A DNA stretch of 64,000 bases from positions 4,741,177 to 4,805,176 of the forward strand of contig OY762226.1 in assembly GCA_963665465.1 (NCBI GenBank), written 5' to 3'. Shown here one piece after another: positions 19,077 through 29,339 of the stretch (positions are counted from its first letter, which is position 1; every line of letters starts with the position of its first letter). The translations under genes and the position numbers were made by a program. This stretch comes from Vicinamibacterales bacterium (GTDB lineage Bacteria > Acidobacteriota > Vicinamibacteria > Vicinamibacterales > UBA8438). The notes beneath the pieces are model-generated. The model saw only the letters and a list, made by a program, of their open reading frames with translations, was not told the origin of the DNA and did not search any database.

Positions 19077-19120
19077 GGCTGTTCTCCTCTCGCCGGATTC
19101 TACCGCGCCGCATTCCTCCA

Positions 19121-19567
19121 TCACGGCCTGCCGGGGTCGAGCAACGGATTGACTGCCCGCACCCTGCCGTACATGCGGTCGTGCTGGAAGTCCTCCGACC
19201 ACAACTCGGCCAACCCGAAGTGTTCGGCGCACGCCCACAGATGCGCATCGAACCACGACAGTCGGTACGCCGCCGCCCCGCGCAGCGCGAGACGCAGGAC
19301 GGCTTCGTTCGGATAGATCATGGGAAACTGCGTCACAATCTGCTCCGCTTCGTACAGGGCGTCGGAGACGGACAGCAAGGGACCGCCCGCGCTCCGGGGG
19401 CGGGTCACGGCCGCCACGAACTCGATCACCACCTGATGCGGGACTCGTACGACGTCGTCGGCCAGCCCTCTGTACAATGCCGCCGTAGCCCGGCGCTGCT
19501 TGTTCGGGAAGCGCGGATCGAACCGGTAGACCAGGATGTTCGTGTCAACGAGCGCGGCCCCGGTCAT
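19121..19567 (-). CDS. vapC: PIN-domain toxin (VapC family)
   Basis: Reads MTGAALVDTNILVYRFD...WFDAHLWACAEHFGLAELWSEDFQH. It overlaps the upstream antitoxin gene by 23 nt. Confidence 0.8.
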   Translation of the reverse strand: MTGAALVDTNILVYRFDPRFPNKQRRATAALYRGLADDVVRVPHQVVIEFVAAVTRPRSAGGPLLSVSDALYEAEQIVTQFPMIYPNEAVLRLALRGAAAYRLSWFDAHLWACAEHFGLAELWSEDFQHDRMYGRVRAVNPLLDPGRP

Positions 19568-19832
19568 ACAGCTCCTCGCGCGACCATCCGCGGTCCCCGT
19601 CCGCCTGCGTCACCTGAGCATCCCGCTGGCGGCGGCACTGGCGGTCTGTCGCCTGGTGGAAGAGCCGGAGTCGCGTTTCGAGGTCGAGGACCTGACGGCG
19701 ATTCCTCGAGGGCGTCACGTGCAGGCTGTCGCCGCCGATAGTCCAGTCGACATCGTCGCCGGGCCGAATGCCGAGCTGGCTGGCGAGCGCCTTCGGCACG
19801 GTGATCTGGAGCTTGCTTGTGACCTTGGCCAT
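19545..19832 (-). CDS. AbrB/SpoVT/MazE-type antitoxin
   Basis: ORF 19545-19868, trimmed to MAKVTSKLQITVPKALASQLGIRPGDDVDW at 19832. Confidence 0.75.
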   Translation of the reverse strand: MAKVTSKLQITVPKALASQLGIRPGDDVDWTIGGDSLHVTPSRNRRQVLDLETRLRLFHQATDRQCRRQRDAQVTQADGDRGWSREELYDRGRAR

Positions 19833-19909
19833 GTCCTTACCATAGCAAGGATCATGTCCTTGTTGCACTGACGGGCTTCGCTCGGTCGCATTCTCCGGCT
19901 ACCTCGGTC

Positions 19910-21382
19910 ATGGCTGAAGCGCCGGTTCATCTCCGCAGGTTCCTCGGCCGCGGCGACGTGCTGGCCGTCGCGTTCGGCGCGATGGTCGGCTGGAGCTGGG
20001 TGGTGCTGGCCGGGGAGATGATCGTGCGGGCCGGCGCCGTCGGCTCGATCCTGGCGTTCGGTGCGGGCGCCGTCATGGTCTGGCTGGTGGGGCTCACCTA
20101 CGCGGAGCTGGCCGCCGCCCTGTCCCGCGCCGGGGGCGAGCTGAGCTTCACGTTCCTCGCGCTGGGGCCCATCGGCGCCTTCGTCTGCGGCTGGACGCTG
20201 GTGCTCGCCTACGCGGCGGTCTGCGCCTTCGAGGCGGTGGCCCTGCCCACCGTCGTCGGCTTTCTCCTGCCGCGGTTCTCGACCGGCGACCCGCTCTATA
20301 CGGTGGCGGGCTGGGACGTGCGGCCGGGCTGGGTGGCCGCCGGCGTGGCCGGCGCGCTCGTCATCGGCGCCGTGAATTACCGCGGCATCCGGTTCGCGGC
20401 GTTCGCCCAGCGGCTCGCGGTCGGCGGTGTGCTCCTGATCGGCCTGGCGTTCTTCGTGCCCGGTACGGTGCGCGGCGACCTGGCGCACCTCGCGCCGGCC
20501 GTCACGGGCTGGGAGGGCGTGCTGCGGGTCCTCGTCATGACCCCGTTCCTCTACGTCGGCTTCGACGTCGTCCCGCAGCTCGCGGAGGAGATTGCCCTGC
20601 CGCTGCGTGCCGTCGGCCGGGTCATCCTGCTCTCGATCGCGATGGCCCTCGGCTGGTACTGCCTGGTGCAGTGGACGGTGGGCGTGTCGCTGCCGCCGGA
20701 CACCCTGGCCGGGCGGGCCCTGCCCACCGCCGACGCCATGAGCGCGATCTACGGCAGCCCGTGGGGTGGGCGCGTGCTCGTCGTCGGCGGCGCCGTGGGC
20801 ATCCTGACGAGCTGGAACGCGTTCTTCCTCGGTGCGTCGCGCCTGCTGTTCGCGATGGCCCGGGGCGGGATGCTGCCGGCCGTGTTCGCGCGCCTCCACC
20901 CGCGCTACGGCTCCCCGACCGCGGTCGTGGCGGTGCTGACCGCCATCACCGCCGTCGCCCCGTTCTTCGGGCGGCCGGCGCTGGTCTGGCTGGTCGACGC
21001 GGGGTCGCTGGCGACGGTCGCGGTCTATCTCCTGGTGGCGATCTCGTTCCTCGTCATCCGGCGCCGGCATCCGGGTCTGGCCCGTCCCTACCGCGTCCCG
21101 GCCCCGACAGTCGTCGGCTGGCTCGCGGTGGCCGCCACCGTGTTCTTCATCCTGTTGTACCTGCCGGGCAGCCCGTCGGCCCTGGCGTGGCCGGAGGAGT
21201 GGCTGATCGTGCTGCTCTGGACCGGGCTGGGCGCGGTGCTGGCCGTTAGCATGCGCCGGCGCGCGGCTGCCATCGGCTCCCGCCGGCAGGCACGGCTGAT
21301 TCTCGGCGACCACGCGAGCCTGGCCGCCTCCGGAGCCGGCAGGCAGCACGGCTCGATTCCTGCACGGCGATCCCGCGGTTGA
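19910..21382 (+). CDS. APC-superfamily amino-acid permease
   Basis: 490 aa with about 12 hydrophobic segments. N-terminal motif LAVAFGAMVGWSWVVLAGE...TYAELAAAL. Confidence 0.8.
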   Translation: MAEAPVHLRRFLGRGDVLAVAFGAMVGWSWVVLAGEMIVRAGAVGSILAFGAGAVMVWLVGLTYAELAAALSRAGGELSFTFLALGPIGAFVCGWTLVLAYAAVCAFEAVALPTVVGFLLPRFSTGDPLYTVAGWDVRPGWVAAGVAGALVIGAVNYRGIRFAAFAQRLAVGGVLLIGLAFFVPGTVRGDLAHLAPAVTGWEGVLRVLVMTPFLYVGFDVVPQLAEEIALPLRAVGRVILLSIAMALGWYCLVQWTVGVSLPPDTLAGRALPTADAMSAIYGSPWGGRVLVVGGAVGILTSWNAFFLGASRLLFAMARGGMLPAVFARLHPRYGSPTAVVAVLTAITAVAPFFGRPALVWLVDAGSLATVAVYLLVAISFLVIRRRHPGLARPYRVPAPTVVGWLAVAATVFFILLYLPGSPSALAWPEEWLIVLLWTGLGAVLAVSMRRRAAAIGSRRQARLILGDHASLAASGAGRQHGSIPARRSRG

Positions 21383-21415
21383 CATGCTGTTACCATGCGA
21401 GCCTGAGATCCTGGT

Positions 21416-21982
21416 ATGGAACCTGCTGCTTCCTCCCGTGAGCCGACCCCGCCGGTAACGGGCGACGAGTTGCCGCGCACACCGGGGCTCGACCCCTGCG
21501 AGCTCGTTGCCGGCCGCATCGTGCGCATGACGCCGACCAACCCCATCCACGGACGGATCGAGGTGAATGTGGCCGCCGCGCTCAAGCAGTTCGTGCGTAC
21601 GCGGAATCCGGGCGTCGTCATGGCGGGCGAGGTTGGTATTTTCACCGGCCGGAATCCGGATACCGTGCGGGCGCCCGATGTCCTCTACCTGTCCCACGAA
21701 CGGGACGCACGTCGGAGCCGGCCGCAGGGCTTCCTCGACGTCGCACCCGAGCTGGGCGTCGAGATCCTGTCCCCGACGGATCGGCCGGACCCGGTGCGGC
21801 GCAAGCTCGGCGAGTACTTCGCGGCCGGCGTCCGCCTGGCGTGGGTGATCGACCCCGCCGCACGCACGGTGCAGGTCCATCGCGACCGCGGCGCGGTACG
21901 GACGCTGGCGCCCGGTGCGGTGGTCACCGGCGAGGACGTGCTGCCGGGGTTCGAGCTGACGGTCGACGACGTCTTCGAGTAG
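21416..21982 (+). CDS. Uma2-family (DUF820) endonuclease, copy 2
   Basis: Motifs: ELVAGRIVRMTPTNPIHG, RAPDVLYLS, APELGVEILSPTDRPDPVRRKLGEYFAAGVRLAWVIDP. Confidence 0.8.
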   Translation: MEPAASSREPTPPVTGDELPRTPGLDPCELVAGRIVRMTPTNPIHGRIEVNVAAALKQFVRTRNPGVVMAGEVGIFTGRNPDTVRAPDVLYLSHERDARRSRPQGFLDVAPELGVEILSPTDRPDPVRRKLGEYFAAGVRLAWVIDPAARTVQVHRDRGAVRTLAPGAVVTGEDVLPGFELTVDDVFE

Positions 21983-21994
21983 CAGCGGCGACGC

Positions 21995-23506
21995 CTACCG
22001 GAGACCGTCGGCGGCGCTGGTGGCGCCGAGGCTGCGCAGCAGGCGGGCGGTGTCGGGGTGCAGCGGCCGGGACAGGGTGCCGACGTCGAGCGGCATCTGG
22101 CCGCGGGCGTCGGCGATGTCCAGGCGGGCGCCGCTGGCGGCCAGCAGCTCGATCACGGCGTTCTTGGCCAGGCGGGCTGCGCCGTGCATGGCCGTGCGGC
22201 CGCGCCGGTCGGACGCGTTGACGTCGACGTCCATCCCGAGCAGCAGGGTCACCAGCTCCAGCGACTGGCCGGCGGTGGCCTGCCGGGCCTCGTTCTGCAC
22301 CATGCCGACCGCGGCCATGAGCGGTGTGGTGCCGCCGTCGGCCGGCATGCCCGGGTCGCCGCCGGCCGCCGCGAGCGCGCGCAGGATCTCGGGGTCGGGC
22401 ACCCGTGCCGCGGCCGCCAGCCACAGCGGCGTCGCGCCGACGTAGGCGTCGTACGAGAGGAAGTCTCCCTTGTAGACGAGCGGCGGCCGGGTGAGGCGGG
22501 CGTTGGGGTCGGCCCCGTGCCTCAGCAGCGCCCGCACAAGGTCGGCCTTGCCGGACTCGACCGCGGCGTGCAGGGCCGTCCGCCCGACGCTGTCCGGCAC
22601 GTTGGGGTCGGCGCCGCGGTCCAGGAGAAACAGGGCCAGCGCCTCGTGGGTGCTCGACTCGACGTCGAGGCGGTACTCCCAGCCGCTGGTGGCCACGAGG
22701 CTGGCGCTCGCCACCAGCAGCGGCGTCCGGCCGGAGGTCTGCGACTCCTCGACGTCGACGCGCGCGTCGACGGGCAGGTACGGCTCGGCCGCGTCCACGT
22801 CCGCGCCGCCGTCCAGCAGCGCCCGCGCCGTTTCGATGTCGCCGTTGCGGGCCGCGAGCAGCAGGGCGGTGGTGCCGTGCACGGATCGCGCGTGCACGTC
22901 CGCGCCGGCCCGGACCAGCAGTTGCACCACCTCGGCGTGGCCTTCCGACGCTGCCCACATCAGCGGGGTCTGGGCCCGGAAGTGGGTGGTGCCGCGCACG
23001 CGGCCGCCGGCCGCCAGCAGCAGCCGCACCAGGTCCGGATTCCCGGTGCGGGCGGCGGTCATCAGGACGGTCTCGCCGCCGGGGCGCGCCGCGTTCGGGT
23101 CCGCGCCGGCGCGCAGCAGGGCGTCCGCCAGCTCGGCGCCGGCGTTGAGGGCCGCCAGCGCCAGCGGCGTCACGCCGAGATCGTTCGCGGCGTTCGCGTC
23201 GGCGCCGGCCGCGATCAGCAGCCGGGCGGTGGCGACGTCGTTCCAGTGCGCGGCCCAGTGCAGGGCGGTCGCCCCGTCGGGCTGGGGGGCGTCGACGGCG
23301 GCCGATGCGGTCAGCAGCGCCTGCACGGCCCGCTGATCGCGCCGCTCGGCAGCGTCGGCGAGCGGCGCGTCCTCGGCGGCTCCCGCGGCGACGGGCAGGG
23401 CCGCCAGCGCCACGGCCAGCGCGATGGCCGGCGGCCGCCAGCGGGATCGTCGCGTGCCGCCACGGTGCGCCGCCCCGGCTGCCGTCGGTTGCTGCATGCG
23501 CGTCAT
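21995..23506 (-). CDS. Exported ankyrin-repeat protein (triad 1)
   Basis: ORF 21995-23665, trimmed to MTRMQQP at 23506. Many copies of G-TALHWAA...LL..GAD.NA. Confidence 0.8.
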   Translation of the reverse strand: MTRMQQPTAAGAAHRGGTRRSRWRPPAIALAVALAALPVAAGAAEDAPLADAAERRDQRAVQALLTASAAVDAPQPDGATALHWAAHWNDVATARLLIAAGADANAANDLGVTPLALAALNAGAELADALLRAGADPNAARPGGETVLMTAARTGNPDLVRLLLAAGGRVRGTTHFRAQTPLMWAASEGHAEVVQLLVRAGADVHARSVHGTTALLLAARNGDIETARALLDGGADVDAAEPYLPVDARVDVEESQTSGRTPLLVASASLVATSGWEYRLDVESSTHEALALFLLDRGADPNVPDSVGRTALHAAVESGKADLVRALLRHGADPNARLTRPPLVYKGDFLSYDAYVGATPLWLAAAARVPDPEILRALAAAGGDPGMPADGGTTPLMAAVGMVQNEARQATAGQSLELVTLLLGMDVDVNASDRRGRTAMHGAARLAKNAVIELLAASGARLDIADARGQMPLDVGTLSRPLHPDTARLLRSLGATSAADGLR

Positions 23507-23519
23507 CCTCCGCCGGCCG

Positions 23520-24869
23520 TCACACCGAGAGCATGTCCACCCGGCCGGTGCTGTCGCCCATGGCGTCGATCGGCACGCCCAGCTTGTCCAGCATCGCCAG
23601 GAACAGGTTGGTGTTCGGCGTGTCCTTCGCGGCCTGCACGTGGCGCCCGCCCGTGAGCCGCCCACCGGCGCCGCCCACCAGCATCGTCGGCAGGTCGTGG
23701 TGGTTGTGGCGGTTGCCGTCGCTGAGGCCGCTGCCGTAGAGCACCAGCGCCGAATCGAGCAGGGTGCCCTCGCCGTCCGGCGTCGACGCCAGGCGGTCGA
23801 CGTAGTAGGCGAACATCTCGGTGAGATGGCGGTCGACCTTCTTCAGCTTCTCGATGAGCGCCGCGTCGCCGCCGTGGTGCGACAGTGCGTGGTGGGCGTC
23901 GGGCACCCCGATCTCCGGATAGGCGCGATTGCTCGTCTCGTGCCCGAGCATGAACGTGATGACGCGGGTCAGGTCGGCCTGCCAGGCGAGCACCTGCAGG
24001 TCGAACATGAGCTTCGCGTGCGCCTCGAAGCTGTCGGGCACGCCGGCGGGCTGGTCCATCAGCGGCAGCTCGCGCGCCGTCTGCCGCTCCGCCATCTGGA
24101 TGCGACGCTCCACGTCGCGCACCGCGTCCAGGTACTCGTTCAGCTTCACCCGGTCGCGGGGACCGAGCTCGGCCTTCAGCCGCGCCACCTTGGCGGTCAC
24201 CATGTCGAGCAGGGAGCGGTCGTGCCGGCGGGCGGCCAGCCACGCCGCGGGGTCGGTCGTCCCGCCGCTGCCGAACAGCCGCTCGAAGACGGCCCGCGGA
24301 TCGCTCGCCATCGGCAGCGGGGTCGTCGGGCTGCTCCAGCACAGGGTGTTGGCGTAGACGCAGCTGTAGCCGGGGTCGCACGACCCGGCACGCTCCGCCG
24401 ACTCGAGCGAGAGCTCGAGCGAGGCAAGCTGCGTCTCCTGCCCCAGCACGCGGGCCGCGATCTGGTCCATCGAGATGCCGGCGCGGATGTCGTGTCCTTC
24501 CGTCTTCTTCGGATGCACGCCGGTGAGGAAGGCCCCGGCCGCGCGCGCGTGGTCGCCGGCGCCTTCGCCGGGACGGGCGATGCCCTCCTCGGCGCACAGC
24601 CCGCTGACCATGAGCAGCCGGTCTCGGTGCGCGGCCAGCGGCCGCAGCGTCTCGGTGACGGCGAGGGCGCCGCTGCCGCCGGGCGGCGTCCAGTTCGGCA
24701 TGAACATGCCGTTGGGGACGTACACGACCCCGAGGCGCCGGACGGGCTCGGCGGCGCCGGCGCGCAGGCCGAACGCGGGCACCATGCTGTCGAGCATCGG
24801 TAACGCCAGGGTCACGCCGAGGCCGCGGAGGAACGTGCGACGCGGGAGGTGCTTCCTGGTGACCATCAT
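23520..24869 (-). CDS. DUF1552-family protein with Tat-type signal (triad 1)
   Basis: Real part of ORF 23520-27344. MMVTRKHLPRRTFLRGLGVTLALPMLDSM...GSCDPGYSCVYANTLCW...LTRVITFMLGHE. Its start overlaps the upstream stop (ATGA). Confidence 0.85.
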   Translation of the reverse strand: MMVTRKHLPRRTFLRGLGVTLALPMLDSMVPAFGLRAGAAEPVRRLGVVYVPNGMFMPNWTPPGGSGALAVTETLRPLAAHRDRLLMVSGLCAEEGIARPGEGAGDHARAAGAFLTGVHPKKTEGHDIRAGISMDQIAARVLGQETQLASLELSLESAERAGSCDPGYSCVYANTLCWSSPTTPLPMASDPRAVFERLFGSGGTTDPAAWLAARRHDRSLLDMVTAKVARLKAELGPRDRVKLNEYLDAVRDVERRIQMAERQTARELPLMDQPAGVPDSFEAHAKLMFDLQVLAWQADLTRVITFMLGHETSNRAYPEIGVPDAHHALSHHGGDAALIEKLKKVDRHLTEMFAYYVDRLASTPDGEGTLLDSALVLYGSGLSDGNRHNHHDLPTMLVGGAGGRLTGGRHVQAAKDTPNTNLFLAMLDKLGVPIDAMGDSTGRVDMLSV

Positions 24870-27289
24870 GGCTCTCGCGATCTCCTCATCTGAAACGGCG
24901 TGCTCTCGACGACGCCCAGGACCATCGACGTCCAGCGGTAGTCGTTGTCGGCCGCGCCGCGGGCGACGCCGCGGACGGCCGGCGCGTCGTAGTACTCGAT
25001 CCCGCGCCCCAGCGCGTAGGTCAGGAGCTTCTCGGCCACGGTCTCGACGAAGCGCTCTTCCGCACCGAGCAGAACGTCGCGCAGCCCGTGCGGGCCGGCG
25101 AACCGGGAGCCGTCGGGCAACCTGCTCGCCACGTCGATCGGCGCCCCGTCCTCGGTCGTGCGCCAGGCCCCGATGCCGTCGTAGTTCTCCAGGGCAAAGC
25201 CCAGCGGGTCCATCAGGACGTGGCAGCTGGCGCACACGGGGCTGATGCGGTGGATCTCCATCCGCTCGCGCATCGAGAGCCGGCGGTCCTGCCGGGGATG
25301 ATCGGCGTCGGGCAGTCCGGGCACCTCCGCGGGAGGCGGCGGGGGCGCCGAGCCGAGGAGACTCTCCAGCACCCAGAGGCCGCGCTTGGTCGGCGAGGTC
25401 CGGTTCGGGTACGAGGTGGCGGTCAGCACGCTCCCCTGGCCCAGCAGCCCGCCCCGGCGCCGTCCGGCGACGTTGACCCGCCGAAAATGGTTGCCGTAGA
25501 CGTTCGCGACGCCGTAATGCCGCGCGAGCCGCTCGTTGAGAAACGTGTAGTCGGCCCGCAGCAGGTCGAGGACGCTGCGGTCCTCGCGCACCTGGCTCGC
25601 GACGAAGAGCGCCGTCTCCTGCTGCAGCGCCTCGCGCAGGTTCTCGTCGAAGTCCGGAAACGCGTCGGGGTCCGGGGCCGCCGTCCGCAGGTTGCGCAGC
25701 AGCAGCCACTGGCCGAAGAAGTTGTCGATGAAGGCGTCCGACCGCCGGTCGGCCAGCAGGCGGCCGATCTGGGCCGGCAGCACACCGGGCTCCCGCAGGC
25801 GGCCGGCGGCCGCCACGTCGAGCAGCTCGTCGTCCGGCAGGCTGCTCCACAGGAAGAACGACAGGCGCGAGGCCAGCTCCAGATCGCTGACCGGATAGGC
25901 CGTGCCGGGCGGCATCCCGTCCGGATCGCGCTCGATGCGGAACAGGAACTCGGGGTCGATCAGAAGGCCCCTCACCACGAGCTGTACGCCGCGCTCGAAG
26001 CCCCCCTCGCGCCGGCCTTCCTCGTACAGCGCCAGCAGCGGCGCGGTGTCCGCCTCGCCTACCGGGCGGCGGAACGCGCGGCGGGCCAGGGTCGACACGA
26101 CCTCCGCTGCGCAGCCGGCCTCGTCGGCCGCCGTCGCGGGGTAGCAGGAAAAGACCCGCCGGCGGCTGGGGGTGTCCGCCGGGGTGGACCCGCCGTAGGG
26201 ACCGCGGATCTCGATGCTGTCGAGGGCCATCGCCGCGTTCCGGTCGCGGGAATAGGCCAGGCTCGACACCGCCGGCCGCGGCTCGAGGACACCCTCGGCG
26301 ACCGCCACCCGGTCGATGAACGCCGCGCTGACCAGACGCGTGCCCGCGCTCACGTCGAGACGCACCTCGAGCCCCTCGTCGGCCGTCTGCTCGTAGAGCG
26401 TCGGCCGGGACACCGCGTTCCACGGCGCCCGCACCCCCTCGCCGCCGACGGTGAAGCGGCCGATACGCGCGCGGTCGAGCCGCAGCTCGATGTCGTTCGG
26501 TGCCTGGAGTCCGCGGATGTGGTTGCCGTACGCGCGCTGCAGCCTGAGGCGGATGACGTACTCGCCGTCGAGCGGAAAGTGATGGCGGACCGCGAGGCCG
26601 CCGCGCGACCCGAAGGGCAGGTCCTCGCTCATGCGGCCTTCCTGCCAGAGCGTGTACGGCACCGTGTAGGTCTCGATCGCCGATCGGATCGCGGGGTCGC
26701 CGAGGGCCAGCCGGCTGATCTTCCCGGCCGCGGCCATGTAGCGATCGAGCAGCACCGGGGAGATCGCCAGCACGTCGGCGATGTTGTCGAACCCGTACCC
26801 GGACTCGTCCGGCGGCAGCAGCGCCCGCTCGTCGACGTCCAGCGCCAGCAGGTCGCGGATCGCGTTGCGGTACTCGGCGCGGTTCAGGCGATGGATCGGC
26901 GGCCGGCCGGGATTCGGATGGTCGGCGGCGGCGCGGTCGAGAGCCGCCTCCAGCGCGGCGGCCGCCGCGTCGTAGGCGCCGGCGTCGGGCCGCGGCCGTC
27001 CCGGCGGGGGCATCGCCCGCGCCCGCAGCTTGCGCACGACCTTCTCCCAGACCTCGACTTCTCCCGGAACCCGGCCCGCGTGCTCGGCGTCGATGGACTG
27101 CAGGGTCAGGCCGGCCTCGCGGCTGCGGTCGTTGTGGCACGCCACGCAGTACCGATCGAGCAGTGCCCGGGGAGCGGAAGCCGCGTGCTGCGCAGGCGGG
27201 ACCTGCGCACGCAACTGGCCGGCGGCGCCGGCCGCAAGGGCGAGACCGAGAGCGAACCCGAACCACCCCAGCGAGCCTCTGGCCGTCAT
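24866..27289 (-). CDS. DUF1592/DUF1587/DUF1595/DUF1588/DUF1585-family protein with c-type haem motif (triad 1)
   Basis: Real part of ORF 24866-29893, starting MTARGSLGWFGFALGLALAAG at 27289. Motifs: RYCVACHNDR, LLIDPEFLFRIE, FFLWSSLPDDELL, ISPVCASCHVLMDPLGFALENYD. Confidence 0.85.
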   Translation of the reverse strand: MTARGSLGWFGFALGLALAAGAAGQLRAQVPPAQHAASAPRALLDRYCVACHNDRSREAGLTLQSIDAEHAGRVPGEVEVWEKVVRKLRARAMPPPGRPRPDAGAYDAAAAALEAALDRAAADHPNPGRPPIHRLNRAEYRNAIRDLLALDVDERALLPPDESGYGFDNIADVLAISPVLLDRYMAAAGKISRLALGDPAIRSAIETYTVPYTLWQEGRMSEDLPFGSRGGLAVRHHFPLDGEYVIRLRLQRAYGNHIRGLQAPNDIELRLDRARIGRFTVGGEGVRAPWNAVSRPTLYEQTADEGLEVRLDVSAGTRLVSAAFIDRVAVAEGVLEPRPAVSSLAYSRDRNAAMALDSIEIRGPYGGSTPADTPSRRRVFSCYPATAADEAGCAAEVVSTLARRAFRRPVGEADTAPLLALYEEGRREGGFERGVQLVVRGLLIDPEFLFRIERDPDGMPPGTAYPVSDLELASRLSFFLWSSLPDDELLDVAAAGRLREPGVLPAQIGRLLADRRSDAFIDNFFGQWLLLRNLRTAAPDPDAFPDFDENLREALQQETALFVASQVREDRSVLDLLRADYTFLNERLARHYGVANVYGNHFRRVNVAGRRRGGLLGQGSVLTATSYPNRTSPTKRGLWVLESLLGSAPPPPPAEVPGLPDADHPRQDRRLSMRERMEIHRISPVCASCHVLMDPLGFALENYDGIGAWRTTEDGAPIDVASRLPDGSRFAGPHGLRDVLLGAEERFVETVAEKLLTYALGRGIEYYDAPAVRGVARGAADNDYRWTSMVLGVVESTPFQMRRSREP

Positions 27290-27443
27290 GAGCACCCAGC
27301 CTTCCTGCACGCGCCGGCGCGCGGCGCCGGCGCAATCGGGGCACGCTCGATGGACGCCGCCCGCCAATCGTCGCCTTGCGGCTCCGCTCGGCGCCCAGCC
27401 TGTCCTGCGGCAGTCCGCGCCGTTCATGGTAACCCAGATGCCA

Positions 27444-27484
27444 AAGCGGACGCCGGGGGTTCGGGGCGCAGCCCCGTCTGATGG
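27444..27484 (+). repeat. Dispersed GC-rich repeat, right-module copy
   Basis: aagcggacgccgggggttcggggcgcagccccgtctgatgg, located 58 nt upstream of the 27542 gene. Confidence 0.7.
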
Positions 27485-27541
27485 AAGCGCCGGGATGTAG
27501 AATAGGTCAGCCGCCGAGCAGGCACGCATGAGGGGGAAACG

Positions 27542-29293
27542 ATGAGGGCACGTCACATCTCGATAGGCTGCGGCGCGTGGATTCCGGTGCTGGTTGTCGC
27601 CCTGGCAGCGATTGCCGGGCTGCCGGCGGCCGTGTCCGCCCAGGGCACCGGGACGATCTCGGGCATCGTGACCGTCGACGACGGCGAGGTCCAGGCGTTC
27701 CGGGTCAAGGCGCGCGACACCGTGGGGCGGATCGCCTACACGGTCTACACGGTCGAGGGGCGCTACCGGATCTACAACCTGCCGTCGGGGACGTACGAGG
27801 TGCAGGTGATCGAGCCGGGGTTCGAGCCGCTGGTCAGGACGGTGCAGGTGGCGGCTTTCGAGACCGCGACGGCCAACCTGGCGTTGAGGTCGACCGGGCC
27901 GCTGGCCGCGCAGGGCGCCGGCGGCGCGGAGGCGCGGGCGAACTACGGCGGGCGGCAGGTCAACGCCGACGGCGCGGAGCTGGTGGACTTCGACGAGCTG
28001 TATCCCCCGCACCCGGCGCGGGACGTCATGCTGCGGTCGTGCTTCGGGTGCCACGGGCCCGCGGCCTTTCACAACCGGGGCGTGAAGAACGAGGCGGGGT
28101 GGCGGCGGGCCGTCAACCGCATGTTCGACGTGGACGGTCGGGTGGCCAACATGGCGCCGGGCGTGCCCCAGATCACCCATGAGACGGTGTCGGAAGAGGA
28201 GATGGAGCTGATCATCAGCTACCTGACCGACAACTTCGGGCCCGACTCGGTGCAGCGCGACCTGCTGCTCGACCCGCTGGTGCGCGACGAGACGCAGCTG
28301 GCCGAGGCCGTCTACGTGCAGTACGAGCTGAACCGCGGGCCCCGCAAGGAGGTGCGCGGCCGCCCGCCGACCTGGTCGATCCACAGCGTGTTCGCGAGCC
28401 AGGTCCAGCCGGGCGTGATCTGGGTGTCGGGCAACGGGTCGAACTCGATCATCCGGGTCGACACGCGGGTGCGCGACTTCGAGGCGCGGACGACGGAGTA
28501 CTGGATCGACAACCCGGCGAACATCAACGTGACGCCGCACGGCATCATCGAGCTCGACGGCACCGTCTACTGGGTGGAGCTGACGGGCGACCACCTGGGC
28601 GAGCTGGATCCGGCGACCGGCGAGATCACACGGCACCGGATGCCGGTGAGCGGCGGCGGCCCGCACAGCTGCTGGGCCGACTCGCGGGGCTACATCTGGT
28701 ACACCTACTTCGCCTCGGCGGGGAAGATCGGCCGGTTCGACACGCGGACCAAGGAGTTCGAGGAGTGGGAGCCGCTGTCGGGCTTCAGCGGCTACGGGAT
28801 CGTGGTCGACCGGCAGGACCGGGTGTGGGCCGTGGGGCTGCACACGCCCGCGACGCTGATGTTCAACCAGGAGACCCAGGAGTGGACGGAGTACCCGATG
28901 GCGAACCCGGCGCGGCGCCCCGCCATCGACAGCAACGGCAAGATCTGGGCAGCCCACTACTACGGGAACGCCATCACGAAGATCGACCCGGTGACCGACG
29001 AGGTGACGGAGTACACGCTGCCGCTCAAGGACGGCAACCCGTACGACGTCTGGCCGGACGCGGACGACAACCTGTGGGTCGAGAACATGATCTACAACTC
29101 GCTGGTCAAGTTCGATCAGGCGACCAGCGAGTTCACCTACTTCCCGTTTCCCGAGCTGCAGGCGCACACGCCGAAGCTCGACACCGATCGGTCGGGCGTG
29201 CTGTGGTTCACGCTCGGCAACCCGTCCGGTCCGGGCATCGCCGCGCTCAAGCCGCACGGCAACGTCCGGGGCGGATTTCCGGTGGCGCAGTAG
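27542..29293 (+). CDS. Exported carboxypeptidase-regulatory-like domain + CxxCH haem motif + beta-propeller (virginiamycin-B-lyase-like repeats)
   Basis: GTISGIVTVDDGEVQAFRVKARD...GRYRIYNLPSGTYEVQV, then SCFGCHGP, then repeated W/Y-rich blades (GYIWYTY, DRVWAVG, GKIWAAHY, DNLWVEN, GVLWFT). Confidence 0.7.
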   Translation: MRARHISIGCGAWIPVLVVALAAIAGLPAAVSAQGTGTISGIVTVDDGEVQAFRVKARDTVGRIAYTVYTVEGRYRIYNLPSGTYEVQVIEPGFEPLVRTVQVAAFETATANLALRSTGPLAAQGAGGAEARANYGGRQVNADGAELVDFDELYPPHPARDVMLRSCFGCHGPAAFHNRGVKNEAGWRRAVNRMFDVDGRVANMAPGVPQITHETVSEEEMELIISYLTDNFGPDSVQRDLLLDPLVRDETQLAEAVYVQYELNRGPRKEVRGRPPTWSIHSVFASQVQPGVIWVSGNGSNSIIRVDTRVRDFEARTTEYWIDNPANINVTPHGIIELDGTVYWVELTGDHLGELDPATGEITRHRMPVSGGGPHSCWADSRGYIWYTYFASAGKIGRFDTRTKEFEEWEPLSGFSGYGIVVDRQDRVWAVGLHTPATLMFNQETQEWTEYPMANPARRPAIDSNGKIWAAHYYGNAITKIDPVTDEVTEYTLPLKDGNPYDVWPDADDNLWVENMIYNSLVKFDQATSEFTYFPFPELQAHTPKLDTDRSGVLWFTLGNPSGPGIAALKPHGNVRGGFPVAQ

Positions 29294-29339
29294 CCCTGCC
29301 GCGGGCGCCCGACGCGGCGCCTGACGGGTGCGGAAGAGC

